A stretch of DNA of 64,000 nucleotides from Macrostomum lignano. Lineage: Eukaryota. Position 1 is the stretch's first letter. Every line of letters starts with the position of its first letter. A program made the position numbers and the translations under genes. Shown piece after piece: positions 35,510 to 50,934 of this stretch. Under the pieces are notes generated by a model, which worked only from the letters and a program-made list of their open reading frames with translations, had not been told where the DNA came from and did not search any database. The stretch is from the NCBI GenBank assembly GCA_002269645.1, contig NIVC01000713.1:186001-250000 (forward strand). Direction: 5' to 3'.

Positions 35510-36380
35510 TTTGTAAGCCTTGCCATCTCAGCAATTTTCCCTAAGCCTTGACATCTCAGCGATTCCCCCAAGCCTTGACATCTCAGCAATTCCCCCCCCA
35601 AGCCTTGACATCTCAGCAATTCCCCCCAAGCCTTGACATCTCAGCAATTCCCCCCCAAGCCTTGACATCTCAGCAATTCCCCCCCAAGCCTTGACATCTC
35701 AGCAATTCCCTCCCCAAGCCTTGACATCTCAGCAATTCCCCCCCAAGCCTTGACATCTCAGCAATTCCCCCCCCCAAGACTTAACATCTCAGCAATCCCC
35801 CCAAGACTTAACATCCCAGCAATTCCCCCAAGACTTAACATCTCAGCAATTCCCCCTTAAGACTTGACATCTCAGCAATTCCCCCTTAAGACTTGACATC
35901 TCAGCAATTCCCCCTCAAGACTTGACATCTCAGCAATTCCCCCTCAAGACTTGACATCTCAGCAATTCCCCCCCAAGACTTAACATCTCAGCAATTACCC
36001 CTCAAGACTTGACATCTCAGCAATTCCCCCCCCCAAGCCTTGACATCTCAGCAATTGCCCCCCAAGACTTAACATCTCAGCAATTCCCCCTCAAGACTTG
36101 ACATCTCAGCAATTCCCCCTCAAGACTTGACATCTCAGCAATTCCCCCCAAGACTTGACATCTCAGCAATTCCCCCTCAAGACTTGACATCTCAGCAATT
36201 ACCCCCAAGACTTAACATCTCAGCAATTCCCCCCAAGACTTAACATCTCAGCAATTCCCCCCCAAGACTTAACATCTCAGCAATTCCCCCCAAGACTTAA
36301 CATCTCAGCAATTCCCCCCAAGACTTAACATCTCAGCAATTCCCCCCCCCAAGACTTAACATCTCAGCAATTACCCCAGT
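35510..36380. repeat. ~26-29-bp minisatellite (CCAAGMCTTRACATCTCAGCAATTCn) with a variable C-tract
   Basis: Tandem copies are visible. Confidence 0.94.
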
Positions 36381-37252
36381 AAGCCTGGCGACTTTATTCC
36401 TGTTTGAGAGGATGCGCAACAAAAAGTTAGGCTGTGTTCTTGACATCTGCTTGCGTTGCTCCGTTCCGGCGCAACAAAAATTGCCAGGGAAAATCAATCA
36501 CCATGGTAGTTCAACATGGCATACTTAAGTTATCCTTACTTTATTAAGAATACTCGCAGTAAATTGATCCTAAATGCATTATTAGCGTCATACTTGCAAA
36601 CTGACAATGACTCATCATTTTGCATCTCATTAACCTGCACGCAAATGTGTGTTAACGCTCGTACTGCGTGTTGCGGTCCTTCCTACATATAAAAATTTAT
36701 ATACATGTACTAAATATTTAGATAGAGTATACCTCTCATAGTAGCTATGCTAAATACTGAGAAAGAAAACATCTGTCGACGATAGTATTTGGTTTGAGCA
36801 CTGGGTGCAGAAGCTAAGAGTATTTTTGAAAATAGGCAGAAATAAGCTTTGCACACAGAACTGATGAAGAACATCTTACAGATCGTATTGCCCCACGGAC
36901 ATCTGCTGTCTCTTTTTTAAAGACTGATCATGCGTCGACAGATTCCTATGGGGAGAATGTAGCAAACTTTAAGGGCATATCTTGACCGCAGGCGCTTCAG
37001 ATGGGTGATAATTAGTATAGTCTCGCTTCATCATCGTCTATTACGCAATTACGCGAGTTCTGATCGCGTCATCAAGCTAGAACTAGCTTACTGTGCACAT
37101 GGAGCGTCATTACACCTGTTCGTACCTTTTGATAACACTTGGGTTCAGCACCCGAACGGACCCCAGGTTCTGTAGTTTTAAAATTCTGAAATTCGGTTGC
37201 TAATTAATAAATTGTCGATTTAATGGTAATAGTTTGTATCGAAAACCTGGGA

Positions 37253-37567
37253 GGGGGCCGCAGCGCAGTGGTCCAGCGCGGCGCTCTGATGTGCCAGCAG
37301 CCCAGGTTCGATTCCAAGTGCAGTCGCATTAATTTGGGGCTAAATTGGAATCTCGGCTTTGGCTCTGCTCCTGCAATTAATGCCTTTGAAGGCCTCCCCC
37401 CAAAACACAGTGAAGTGTTCATGCCTATAACGATAAATAAAGTTAGGGCCGCTGTACACTCCTGTGTGAGTGTGTTCCCGGGCGTATGACTGCGTACGTA
37501 TCCGCGCGTTTGAATTGTGTGTCTGCTCAGGGGGGTCGGCGGAACGGGCAGCAATGCCTCTCGCTGG
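37253..37567 (+). mobile_element. tRNA-derived SINE, family 1, copy C (longest)
   Basis: A-box-like CAGCGCAGTGG and B-box GGTTCGATTCC; body shared with copies A and B. Confidence 0.82.
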
Positions 37568-37972
37568 TTCTGCCATGCCTCGAATTGCATCGAAAACAGT
37601 ATTTTGCGAGTGTCATCTATAAGCCAAACTGCAAAGGTAGTTTCTGCGTTTATTCACGTCTAAGTGTCTCCTACATGGAAACTATACAGTGCTCATACGC
37701 TCGTAAAGACAGTCTCCAGGCTGCCAGTTACTTTCGCAATCGGGAATTCTCCCGAGCAGCCATGCCACTGCATCGTGATTGGCTGCCTCTATGCAGCTTC
37801 TCGAACTCCTCATCCGCTTTTGAGAAACCTTGTTATTAACAAGACTTTAAGACAGAGCAAATCAGCAGGTCTCGCTCGAATTCAACTGGAATCAACTTCA
37901 TCTAAGCTTGGTTGACTAAAGCAGAAATTTTCCCTGAAAACAGCTATCGTGTTGTTCGATTCGAAAATAGAA

Positions 37973-40155
37973 ATGGAGCAGCAAATCTCGGACAGCTCAC
38001 GATCTGCTTGGCTGAGTGTCCAGCTAGTTGTTAACGTGGTGTCCACCTGCGCCAACCTATGTGCCGTGCACCTGTTCCGTCGGCTGTTCTCGGCGTCCAG
38101 AGCTCCATCTCTGCTGGGCCTGCTGCTGTTGTCCGCTAGCGAGTTTTTGTTCGATTTGAGTCACCTGGCCTTCACCGTGAGCAACCTGGTGAGTCGCGTG
38201 TGCGAGGGCTCCGTCGTCGGGACGACCGTCGGAGACGCAAACGTAACGGCAGCCGATTTAAGCAACGACAGTTGGCTGGAAAATGTCAACAACGAATCTG
38301 CACCGGCTCTCCTGTGGCTCTGCGTGGCCACCTTCGCGCCATCGAATGCCGGTCTGTTTCTCAGAAACTGGTGGATCGCTGCCTTCACCCTGGCCCGCTG
38401 CGTAGTGATCCTGTGGCCGTTCACTGCCAGGACTATGTTTACTAAGAAGCTCTACATGAGGTGGGTGAACACTTTTGATAGGAGTTGAGAATCCTAAAAG
38501 TACATCCTGAATATCTTGAATAATCATCCTGAATATCTCTCACAACTCAACCGGATAACCTGCGACACCGTCAGATGCTTCTGCGCCTGCGCCGCTCTGA
38601 GCATCTGCTTCACCGCACTTCGAGTTTTCGCTGCATTCGCTCCCAGCCGCCTGCTAACCAGACTCGTCATCATAGTCCAGGCTCCCGTGCCCAGCCTCCT
38701 GGTCTTCGCCGCGTCGCTCGTGATGTCGGCTGATCTCGCTCGAAACCGCTGGTTCAACTCGAGAAGGAGGGCTCCTTCGGCTGGCGCGGCTACGACCTCG
38801 GCTGGGGCTGCCCTGACGGCCCAGCTGCCCGTCAGACGGCGCCAGGCGCCGCTGATGCCAGCTCGTCAATCGTCCTCGGTGGTCTGGGAGCTGCAGCAGC
38901 GGCAGGTGCGGGAGCCGGAAACGCGGGAGCCCATCAGGCAGACGGAATTTCGATGCTCCTCTTTGACCAGGTGAAGTTTCAAGTCGTGCAATGTTGATAA
39001 ATGAAATCAGCCTCTGCTTTTCAGGTCACGCACTGCCGTAATTACGGGTATCTGCAACCTGATTAGGGCAGAGCCTGCCCTCCGAACCGGCAACCAATTC
39101 TTTGATGTGACCATTAATACAGGATGTTAACGACATCTATCCACTCTCTATCCTCTCTCTATCCACTCTCTATCCTCTCTCTATCCACTCTCTATCCTCT
39201 CTCTATCCACTCTCTATCCTCTCTCTATCCACTCTCTATCCACTCTCTATCCACTCTCTATCCACTCTCTATCCACTCTCTATCCACTCTCTATCCAATC
39301 TCTATCCACTCTCTATCCTCTCTCTATCCACTCTCTATCCACTCTCTATCCTCTCTCTATCCACTCTCTATCCACTCTCTATCCACTCTCTATCCAATCT
39401 CTATCCAATCTCTATCCACTCTCTATCCTCTCTCTATCCTCTCTCTATCCACTTTCTATCCTCTCTCTATCCTCTCTCTATCCACTCTCTATCCACTCTC
39501 TATCCACTCTCTATCCACTCTCTATCCAATCTCTATCCTCTCTCTATCTAATCTATATCCATTCTCTATCCACTCTCTATCTAATCCATATCCACTCTCT
39601 ATCCACTCTCTATCCAATCTCTATCCACTCTTTATCCACCTGACCCCCGGGCTCAATTCATTCATCTGTCAATGCTTTAACCTTTAACCTATTATTTTAT
39701 TAGGACTGTCAATTCTAACTTGATTGATCTACTGATATGACTACCAAAACTTCAAAATCTGCTCTGACTCATACTCGCATCAATACAGGAACGAGCAAAG
39801 GCAGCACCAACAGCAGCAGCAGCAGAGCTTCGGCTCTCTCAAGTCGCAGTCGACCCGGAGCTACCAGCGGCACCAGCACAGGCCCCCGCTGAACTCTAGC
39901 AGCAGCAACAGCAACAGCAGCAACGCTGTACTCAGAGCTACAATCACCATCGCGTCAGTTGCCGCCCTGTTTGTACTTTTAGAGACGCCCTGCAGCATTT
40001 TTGTCCTGCTCGGCCTTGAAAGCTCGCTGTCAGAGCACATCAGCAACACTCTCATTGGCGTGGACTCAATGCTCAACTTTGTCATCTTTTTAATCACTAG
40101 CGGCACCTTTCGGCGAGAGTTTCTCGCCCTGAGCGGCTGCTGTCGCAGCTGTTAA
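37973..40155 (+). CDS. Divergent class A (rhodopsin-like) GPCR, peptide-receptor-like. Exons 37973-38460, 38575-38970, 39789-40155
   Basis: Seven hydrophobic segments. TM3 ends WWIAAFTLARCVVILWP (DRY position = ARC), TM6 is ALFVLLETP, and TM7/helix 8 is DSMLNFVIFLITSGTFRREF. Both introns are GT-AG phase 2, and exon 3 reads open to the TAA at 40153-40155. Confidence 0.82.
39135..39640. repeat. ~12-bp TCTATCCACTCT minisatellite in GPCR intron 2; the same motif recurs at 40345-40467
   Basis: Tandem copies on both sides of the last GPCR exon. Confidence 0.93.
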
Positions 40156-41386
40156 AAAGTACATGAAGAACTTTACGTGTAACTAAAGTACAGCTGACGT
40201 ACTTCTTACAACGCAAAATCGAAAAATATACACTTTTGCAACAGCAATTGACGCTTCAGAAGCTGGCGCCCATCGCACTGGCGCCAAATTAAATTATATG
40301 ACGCCCCTCAGATGCAAAAAGCGCCATGAAATAAAATGAAGACCTGTATCCACTGTATCCACTCTCTATCCACTCTCTATCCACTCTCTATCCACTCTCT
40401 ATCCACTCTCTATTCACTCTCTATTCACTCTCTATTCACTCTCTATTCACTCTCTATCCACTCTCTATGCACCTTCATTTCCAGAGTGAGATTTTAGTTT
40501 CTGACCATACCGGTAGACTTTAGCCGGAAACCAAGGAAAACAGCTGTTTATGACTGATAACACACTCAAAAGTGCAATTTGCAAGTCATAACTAAGAAAG
40601 TGGCGCTGCATGGGCCTCTGGTGTTTGTGACTATTGAGCAAACAAAACTGTTTTGAGTCAATCAAACGAGCGACTTCATTACTGAACGTGCGAAAATGAT
40701 GGGAAAAGTGCGCTTGTACTCAAGTTATTATTTGTTAAACAAATAATGCAACAACTATCTACTGCAAGTAGCGCTGCAAGTTTTTTTATGAATAGTTGCA
40801 AATAATACCACAAATTTAGTTTAGCCCTGCTCCAAAGAAAGCAACTCTGGTTCCTGCTAAGCTCTCTCCTGGCTAAGCCGGAAGTCATGTCTTCACGACA
40901 CGATCGCAGCAGAGTATCACTATTCAGCTCTTAAAAGATGTTAAGCAGTCACCATAGCAGGGTCTATCGCTGCAACTTTTCCTTCATAGCGTCTCCTGTA
41001 CTCAGCTGCGTGCTCACAGTTCTGTTGACCCAGAGCCACGGATTTCTCTGTAACTTCCTGGTTACCGGCTGAGTGTATTGTGCAACCCATCCCGTGTGCG
41101 CATTGTGGCGGCTGGGCTCTGCAATCCCTATGGGAATGCTTTATGCGGTTAGCCTTATGACTGTGAACTCATTGACGCTCAATTCTCGTGCAGCTTTGGA
41201 GCTTTTGTGCACACGAGGCCTTCACAGCCTCTCTTTTGTGAGAGAGGAAAACCGGCTCCGAGAGCCGTGCGGGAAGAGAATCAGGCTCTGGCGATCAAAA
41301 TTTGACTCAGCCAGCTATATATGCAGCTTGCAGTTGTTGGCTGCCAGCAGAGCTGATTTTCAGCAGCGAGCGCGTCTCTCTAGGTC

Positions 41387-44779
<3,393 letters not shown>

Positions 44780-46119
44780 ACAGCACCAATCGATAAAGCA
44801 ACTGAATTGCGTTGCCATTGGTTACGAACTCATGCTCGCAACCACTCAGCAAAGATATTTTAGACACTGTATTATGCCGGAATACATGACAGTTTTTTTA
44901 TATTAATAGACGACTTACATTGTAGACGTTCATACGTTTAGTTTTAGCAGTGCAGTAAAGCTGCCCGAAGTGGTTTCACTTCCCAATTTTTCTGGATGGG
45001 TTCAAGGCCACAAAACGGCGTCGGCGTCGGTATGGCGTTTTGTGGCCACTAGCTGACTTTGCGTTCCACATTTTTGCATGTTTTGGCTTTGGTGAAGGTC
45101 CAAAAAGTTTTAATTCACTTGACAAGTTACAACGACCCTGACTTTCTCGTGTGCCCACTCTGTGCCTTCACATGTGTGGCCGCACTTGTAAATGAAACCC
45201 AGCATATGGACTCTCCTCGAGAGTCTGCATGACGTCAGACGTGTCGCCGCTGAGCTGCTCTAGTTTGAATTGCATTATGAAAATTAAAAAAGCTAGTATT
45301 TTGAGAAAACTCGACCTCATGACGGTCAAAAATGAACGAACTAAAACTGGTCTAGGGTTATTATTGCTATATTTTTTGGAAAGACTTGTAATTGTGCTCC
45401 TGCATTGCTCCATTCGGACAAAAATGTTAAATGGACCGGGAGTTTCTTGAGTCCTGTGGAGTCTCTTACATGTATGGTACATTTGGTGGGAATTTTTTTT
45501 CATTTTTAATATTCAATTTCCTGATCACTGACAAATAATTAATATTATAAGGATGTTACATTTATATAGCTATCGTCTCTTAAATCGTGTCTATAAAACA
45601 TTATGTTAATATCTTTATATTTCATATACATAAACAGTTAAGCTCGCTTTGCAATTGTGTGCAATAGTTAGTCCATGTGGTGTAAAATGCTGTGTCTCCT
45701 TTCAAATGGAAAACGGACAGCCGCAGCACCCACCCCCCAGTAACGATCGATAATTAGGGTAAAGTTTCCCTACTTATTCCCATTCGAACCACCAGAATGG
45801 CGGCAAAGTGTCGGTGGAGCTTTTCAGCGTACTGCAAAGTTCACTGCGTTTTCACTGATAATAAAAACTGCAAGCAATGTACGCAATTTTTCGTAATTAT
45901 GTATATCTGCTTAGCACACTTAATAAGCAAATTGTCTGTTACACAGCATTTTGGGGGAAGTCGGAATGTTGCACGCTGGTTTCTGTGTGAAGGGCGGAGG
46001 AACCACTTTTCCACTGTCATTTTGTATCAAGCAATCAGACAAACAAATGTGTAATGCGCGGTTGATAAGCAGTTATACTTGTTAGTCTGCGACGTACATT
46101 GTGCATGTATATGTCGCGT

Positions 46120-46898
46120 CGGGGGCGTCGCCATAGATTTTATGGTGGGGGGGACAAAGCCAACAATTATACATGTACATGTACATGACTAAATTCCTAC
46201 ATGTACATTATTTTCAGAATCGGTGTTGTCAGCACTCATTTTTGCGCCGCGACTACTCATTCTAGCGCCGCAGGCACTCATTTTGGCGCTGCAGGCACTC
46301 ATTTTGGCGCTGCAGGCACTCATTTTGGCGCCGCAGGCACTCATTTTGGCGCTGCAGGCACTCATTTTGGCGCTGCAGGCACTCATTTCAGCGCCGCAGG
46401 CACTCATTTTAGCGCTACAGGCACACATTTTAGCGCTACAGGCACACATTTTGGCGCTGCAGGCACTCATTTTGGCGCCGCAGGCACACATTTTGGCGCT
46501 GCAGGCACTCATTCTAGTGCTGCAGGCACTCATTTTGGCGCTGCAGGCACTCATTCTTGCGCCGCAGGCACACATTTTGGCGCTGCAGGCACTCATTTTG
46601 GCGCTGCAGGCACACATTTTGGCGCTGCAGGCACACATTTTTGCGCCGCAGGCACTCATTTTGGCGCTGCAGGCACTCATTTTGGCGCCGCAGGCACTCA
46701 TTTTGGCGCCGCAGGCACTCTTGCGCCGCAGGCACTCATTTTGGCGCCGCAGGCACTCATTTTAGCGCTACAGGCACACATTTTGGCGCCGCAGGCACTC
46801 ATTTTAGCGCTGCAGGCACACATTTTAGCGCCGCATAAAAGATATTTTACTGGGGGGGGGGACATGTCCCCCCTGTCCCCCCGTTAATGACGCCCCTG
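46120..46898. mobile_element. hAT-like MITE carrying an internal 21-bp minisatellite (46240-46835)
   Basis: Termini CGGGGGCGTC...GACGCCCCTG (1 mismatch) with GGGGGGGAC/GTCCCCCC subterminal motifs. Flanks TGTCGCGT/TGTCATGT (6/8 match). The internal unit is GCAGGCACTCATTTTGGCGCY. Confidence 0.7.
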
Positions 46899-47029
46899 TG
46901 TCATGTTTATGAAGTCTACAAAATTTTGTATGCGAGCTATTAAATATCAGTAGTTTCACGATATTTATTGATAATAATTTCATTCTTAGAAAATTTGAAA
47001 TAGCTTTTTAGCTACAATTTATTTAATCA

Positions 47030-50000
47030 AACTGCATGGACTCGTCGCTCCGCCACGTACATCATTGCAGCTGGAATCACCGACAAGATTCGAGGGCAGC
47101 AGCTGCTGCTGTACGCCGCAGGAGAGGAGCTGCAGGCTGTTGTCGAAGAGAACGAGATTGTCTCTGGAGAGAACCACAACAGCCTCGCGAAAAACATCCA
47201 GACGTACTGGGATGGAAAGAATAACATTGTGTTCCTGCGTTTCAAGTTTGAGACCTGCAGACAGCAGCCTGGCGAGCCGATCGACCAGTGGTATCAGCGT
47301 CTGCGCAAGGCGGCGGAGCCGTGTGAGTTTGGGACCCTCAGAGACTCTCTGATCCGAGACAAAATAGTCGCCTACTGCGAGTCCGAGAGACTTAGGAGAG
47401 ACTTCTTGTAGACCAACAACATCTCCCTGGCGGATGTGCTCAAAAAGGCGAGGGCGAAAGAAATCGCGGAGCAGCAGGCCACCGCGATGGAGAGCGACAG
47501 ACCAGGAGAACCGCAGCAGACTGCAGCAGTCAGAAAAGACTGGCAGCCGCCAAGACCGCAGGCACCGACGCAGCGCGTATCCTGCGATCGCTGCAGCAGA
47601 TCGGGGCACCCCATGTGCACCGCAGCGCAGGGCAAGAGCTGCAGAAAGTGCGGGAAGCTGGGCCACTTCGCACAACCCTGCAGGTCCAGGCAGCACGCCC
47701 CGCAGAGCGGCGCCAACGCCGTCGCAACGCTGCAAGGCGAGACCAGCTACCAGAAGGTGGACGACCCGGACTCCGGCGTGTTCGAGGTCGACCAGGGAGA
47801 GCAGTCGGCCCACACAGTAGCCGAGATCAACGGTTCCAGACTCTCTGTGTTGATTGACAGCGGCGCGGCTCGAAATGTGATCAACCGGGCCACGTTCGAG
47901 AGTCAGAGACAGCGGCCGCACCTGCAGACCACCTCGGACAGGCTGTTCGCGTACGGGTCAGACCGGCCGATGCATCTGCTGGGCAAGGCGGCGATGGCCG
48001 CTCGCATTTTCGGCCGGCAGGCAGTCGCCACGTTCCACGTTGTAGAACATCACCCTCATCGGCAGGCAGACAGCCACCCAGATGGACATCCTGCGTGTCG
48101 GACACCTCCGACTGCCGGCCAGCAGGTGCTGCAGGTCGCTGAAGCGGAGGCGGCGGTCGACACCCTCCTCAGCGGCACGAGATCCAGGGGAGTACCTCAA
48201 GAACACGTAGAGGACATCGGCGGGGTGCTGCGCAAGTATGCCACTCAGCGGCGTCGGCTGCTTCACCGGGCCGCCTGTCGACATCCACCTCACCGACAGC
48301 GCCCGCCCGGTCTGCCACGCACCTTCGAAGGTGCCGATCCACCTGGCAGGCGCGGTGGACAAGGAACTGCAGCTTCTAGAGCAGCTCGGGATCATTGAGC
48401 CCGTCGACGGTCCAGCGCCGTGAGTTGCTCGGATGGTCGTCGTGCCCAAGAAAGAGCTTGGCGAGGTGCGCATCACACAGGACCTCCGCGATGTAAACCG
48501 CTACGTCATCCGCGAGCGGCACCAGATTCCGACTTTCGAGGAGGTGACCGGGGACATGGCCGGCAGCACCGTGTTCTCGGAGCTGGACATCGCGAAGGCG
48601 TTCTACCAGGTGCCTGTGGCCGAGAAATGCCGCAAGCTGCTAACATTCTCGACGCCTCGCGGACTTCGCCGTCTCACCCGGCTGTGCATGGGCCTGTCCA
48701 CCTCCCAGGAGATCCTGCAGAATGTGATGAGTCGAGTGCTGGCAGGCATGCCCAACGTCAAATGGATCCACGACGACGTGGTCGTGTTCGACTGCACGAT
48801 GGCGGAGCACAACAGCAGCCTCAAGGCATGTCTGGCCCGCCTGGCGCAGCACGGCATCACGCTGAACGCTCGGAAATGCCGACTGGCGCGCAGCAGCATC
48901 GAGTTCATGGGAATGCGGCTCACGGAGGGAGTCCAGGCCACCGAAAGCAAGGTCGCCGCCGTTCAAGACTTCAAGGAGCCCGAGACGATTGGACAGCTTC
49001 GCTCATTCCTAGGCCTCGTAAACTACCTCGCCGTGTTCACGCCACAGCTAGCCAAGGTGGTGGAACCGCTGCGGCGTCTGACCAGGATAGGCGTCGACTG
49101 GCAGTAGGGCGCCGACCAAGCCAGCACCTTTGAGCAGCTGAAGCGCAGCATCGCGGAGCCGACAACGCTGGCTTTCTACGACAAGCGGCTGTGCACGCAG
49201 CTGATCGTGGACGCGGGGCCGACCAGACTGGGCGCCATCCTGGCGCAGGTACAGCGCGACGGCAGCTCGAGGCCGGTCGTATACGCCAGCCGAGTTCTAT
49301 CCGACGTCGTGCGGCGATACTGGCACTGGCCGTGAAGTTCGGCTGCCTGAAGTTCGAGTACTACCTGCATGAATCGCCCAAGTTACGTTCGCTCCACGCG
49401 CTGCGAGAGGAGCTGTCTGCGGTGACGGGGTCCTCCTTCGACACCAGCGAATCGTCGTGCCAGCTGATCTGCGGCAGCAGATGCTCGAACTGGCGCACCA
49501 AGGGCACCAGTGCTCGCAGACGACGATCGCGAGGCTCGCCACCAAGGTCTGGTGGCCGAGGATGGCAACTCAAGCGGAGGAGTTCGTCAGTCGATGCCGC
49601 AGCTGCGCCGTCACGTCACACACACCAGCCGTCAGGGCCACGCCTTAGCAGCCGACGCCGATCCCCGCGGGCGCCTGGCTGTCGATCGGCGCCGACTTCG
49701 TGGGACCCATCAACAACAACATGCTGCTGGTGTGCGTGGACCGCTACTCGAGGTTCCCGGAGGTGCAGCTCATGCAGACGACGACGACTGAGGCACTGAT
49801 TCCCCGCCTACGAGAGATGTTCGCTCGCTTCGGGATCCCGCAGGAGCTCGTGACAGACAATGGACCGCCCTTCTCGTCCAAGGAGCTCGGCCGGTTCTTG
49901 GCGAGCTACGGGATCAAGCACCGCCTCATCACGCCCTACTACCCAGCGGCCAACGGCATGACGGAGCGGCTGAACCGCTCCATCAACAAATTCGTACTCG

Positions 50001-50934
50001 CAGCCAACGAGGAGCGGCGGGACTGGAGAGCTGCTCTGGATGAGTGGCTGCTGGCCTACAGGAACACGCCGCACATGGCTACCGGGCGCGCACTAGCCGA
50101 GCTGCTGATGGGCCGGCGGCCAAACGACGTCATTCCCACCGCCCGGCCGTCCCAGTGGGTCCGCATCAATGAGCAGCGGCTGAGAGACGCGGACGCCGGC
50201 GCTAAAGAGGCCATGAAGCAGCACGCGGACGTAAAAAGGCGACCACGGCGGCACGGCGTCCAGGTCGACGACACGGTGCTACGACGGCGGGTCGGTGCCA
50301 GCAAGACGCAGACGCCGTTCGAAAGCGGTGCCTGGACGGTCCAGCGGCATCTCGCTGCTGCTACGCCGCGATGGCTCAACCTGCTGGCGGCACTGAACGG
50401 CGGTCAAGGTCGTCAGCCCCGACTTGGCCGACGCCGTCGCCCAGCCGCAAACCGCTGCACCGAGAGCTCCAGGCGAGGCCAACCGAGACCCACCCGCCTC
50501 CCCGGTGGCACTGCGCCCGCACCCCCGCGATGCTCGGGGCGGCGTGATAAATCTACAAGGACTGAATTTTGAATCCAGTGACTGACATAAACTGACTCTT
50601 TCCTGAAATATGCGGACTAAAGTTTTTTTAAGCATTGTCGCTGCTGAGATCGATTCAAGTATTTTATTTCCTCAATATTTTAAAATCCGTTTTCAATGCG
50701 CATGATCGGAGTTTCGAGTTTTGTATTTTCGAGTTACGTTTAAATCGAGTTTTTTTTCTCGCAGTCTCTATTCGAAGGGGGAGAGATGTAGTGTGCGTAC
50801 GCACGGTATGCTAGCCCATGCAACGTGTACGCCCGGCCGGTCTGATTGGCTGCAGATTCTAGTCAAGCTCTGCGCTCATAAATATATAGATGTGGGCCCA
50901 GCGCGTCGAGAGTCTAAGAGTTTCGGCTACACAG
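47030..50934 (+). mobile_element. Ty3/Gypsy LTR retrotransposon A, 5'-truncated and degenerate gag-pol. Its 3' LTR (50787-50934 + 55529-55557) is interrupted by element B
   Basis: Gag (QQPGEPIDQW...LIRDKIV), zinc knuckle CRKCGKLGHFAQPC, protease VLIDSGA, RT (WIHDDVV), RNase H (VDAGP) and integrase (DFVGP...TDNGPPF...NGMTERLN), with many stops and frameshifts. PPT AAGGGGGAGAGA at 50775-50786. LTR ends are TGTAGT...ACTACA. No 5' LTR was found. Confidence 0.9.

Noticed and set aside
28241-36380. Regular arrays as CRISPR loci
   Set aside because: The units are head-to-tail with no unique spacers, there are no cas genes, and the context is eukaryotic.
37253-37330. Genuine tRNA genes at the A/B-box sites (also 7700-7788, 9394-9460, 43178-43250)
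   Set aside because: I could not build a cloverleaf for any of them, and three continue into a shared non-tRNA body, so they are SINE heads.
46189-46887. Repeat ORFs (AAGTHFG)n, (MSACSAK)n and (ALILAPQ)n
   Set aside because: A 21-bp satellite is open in several frames on both strands inside a MITE-like element.
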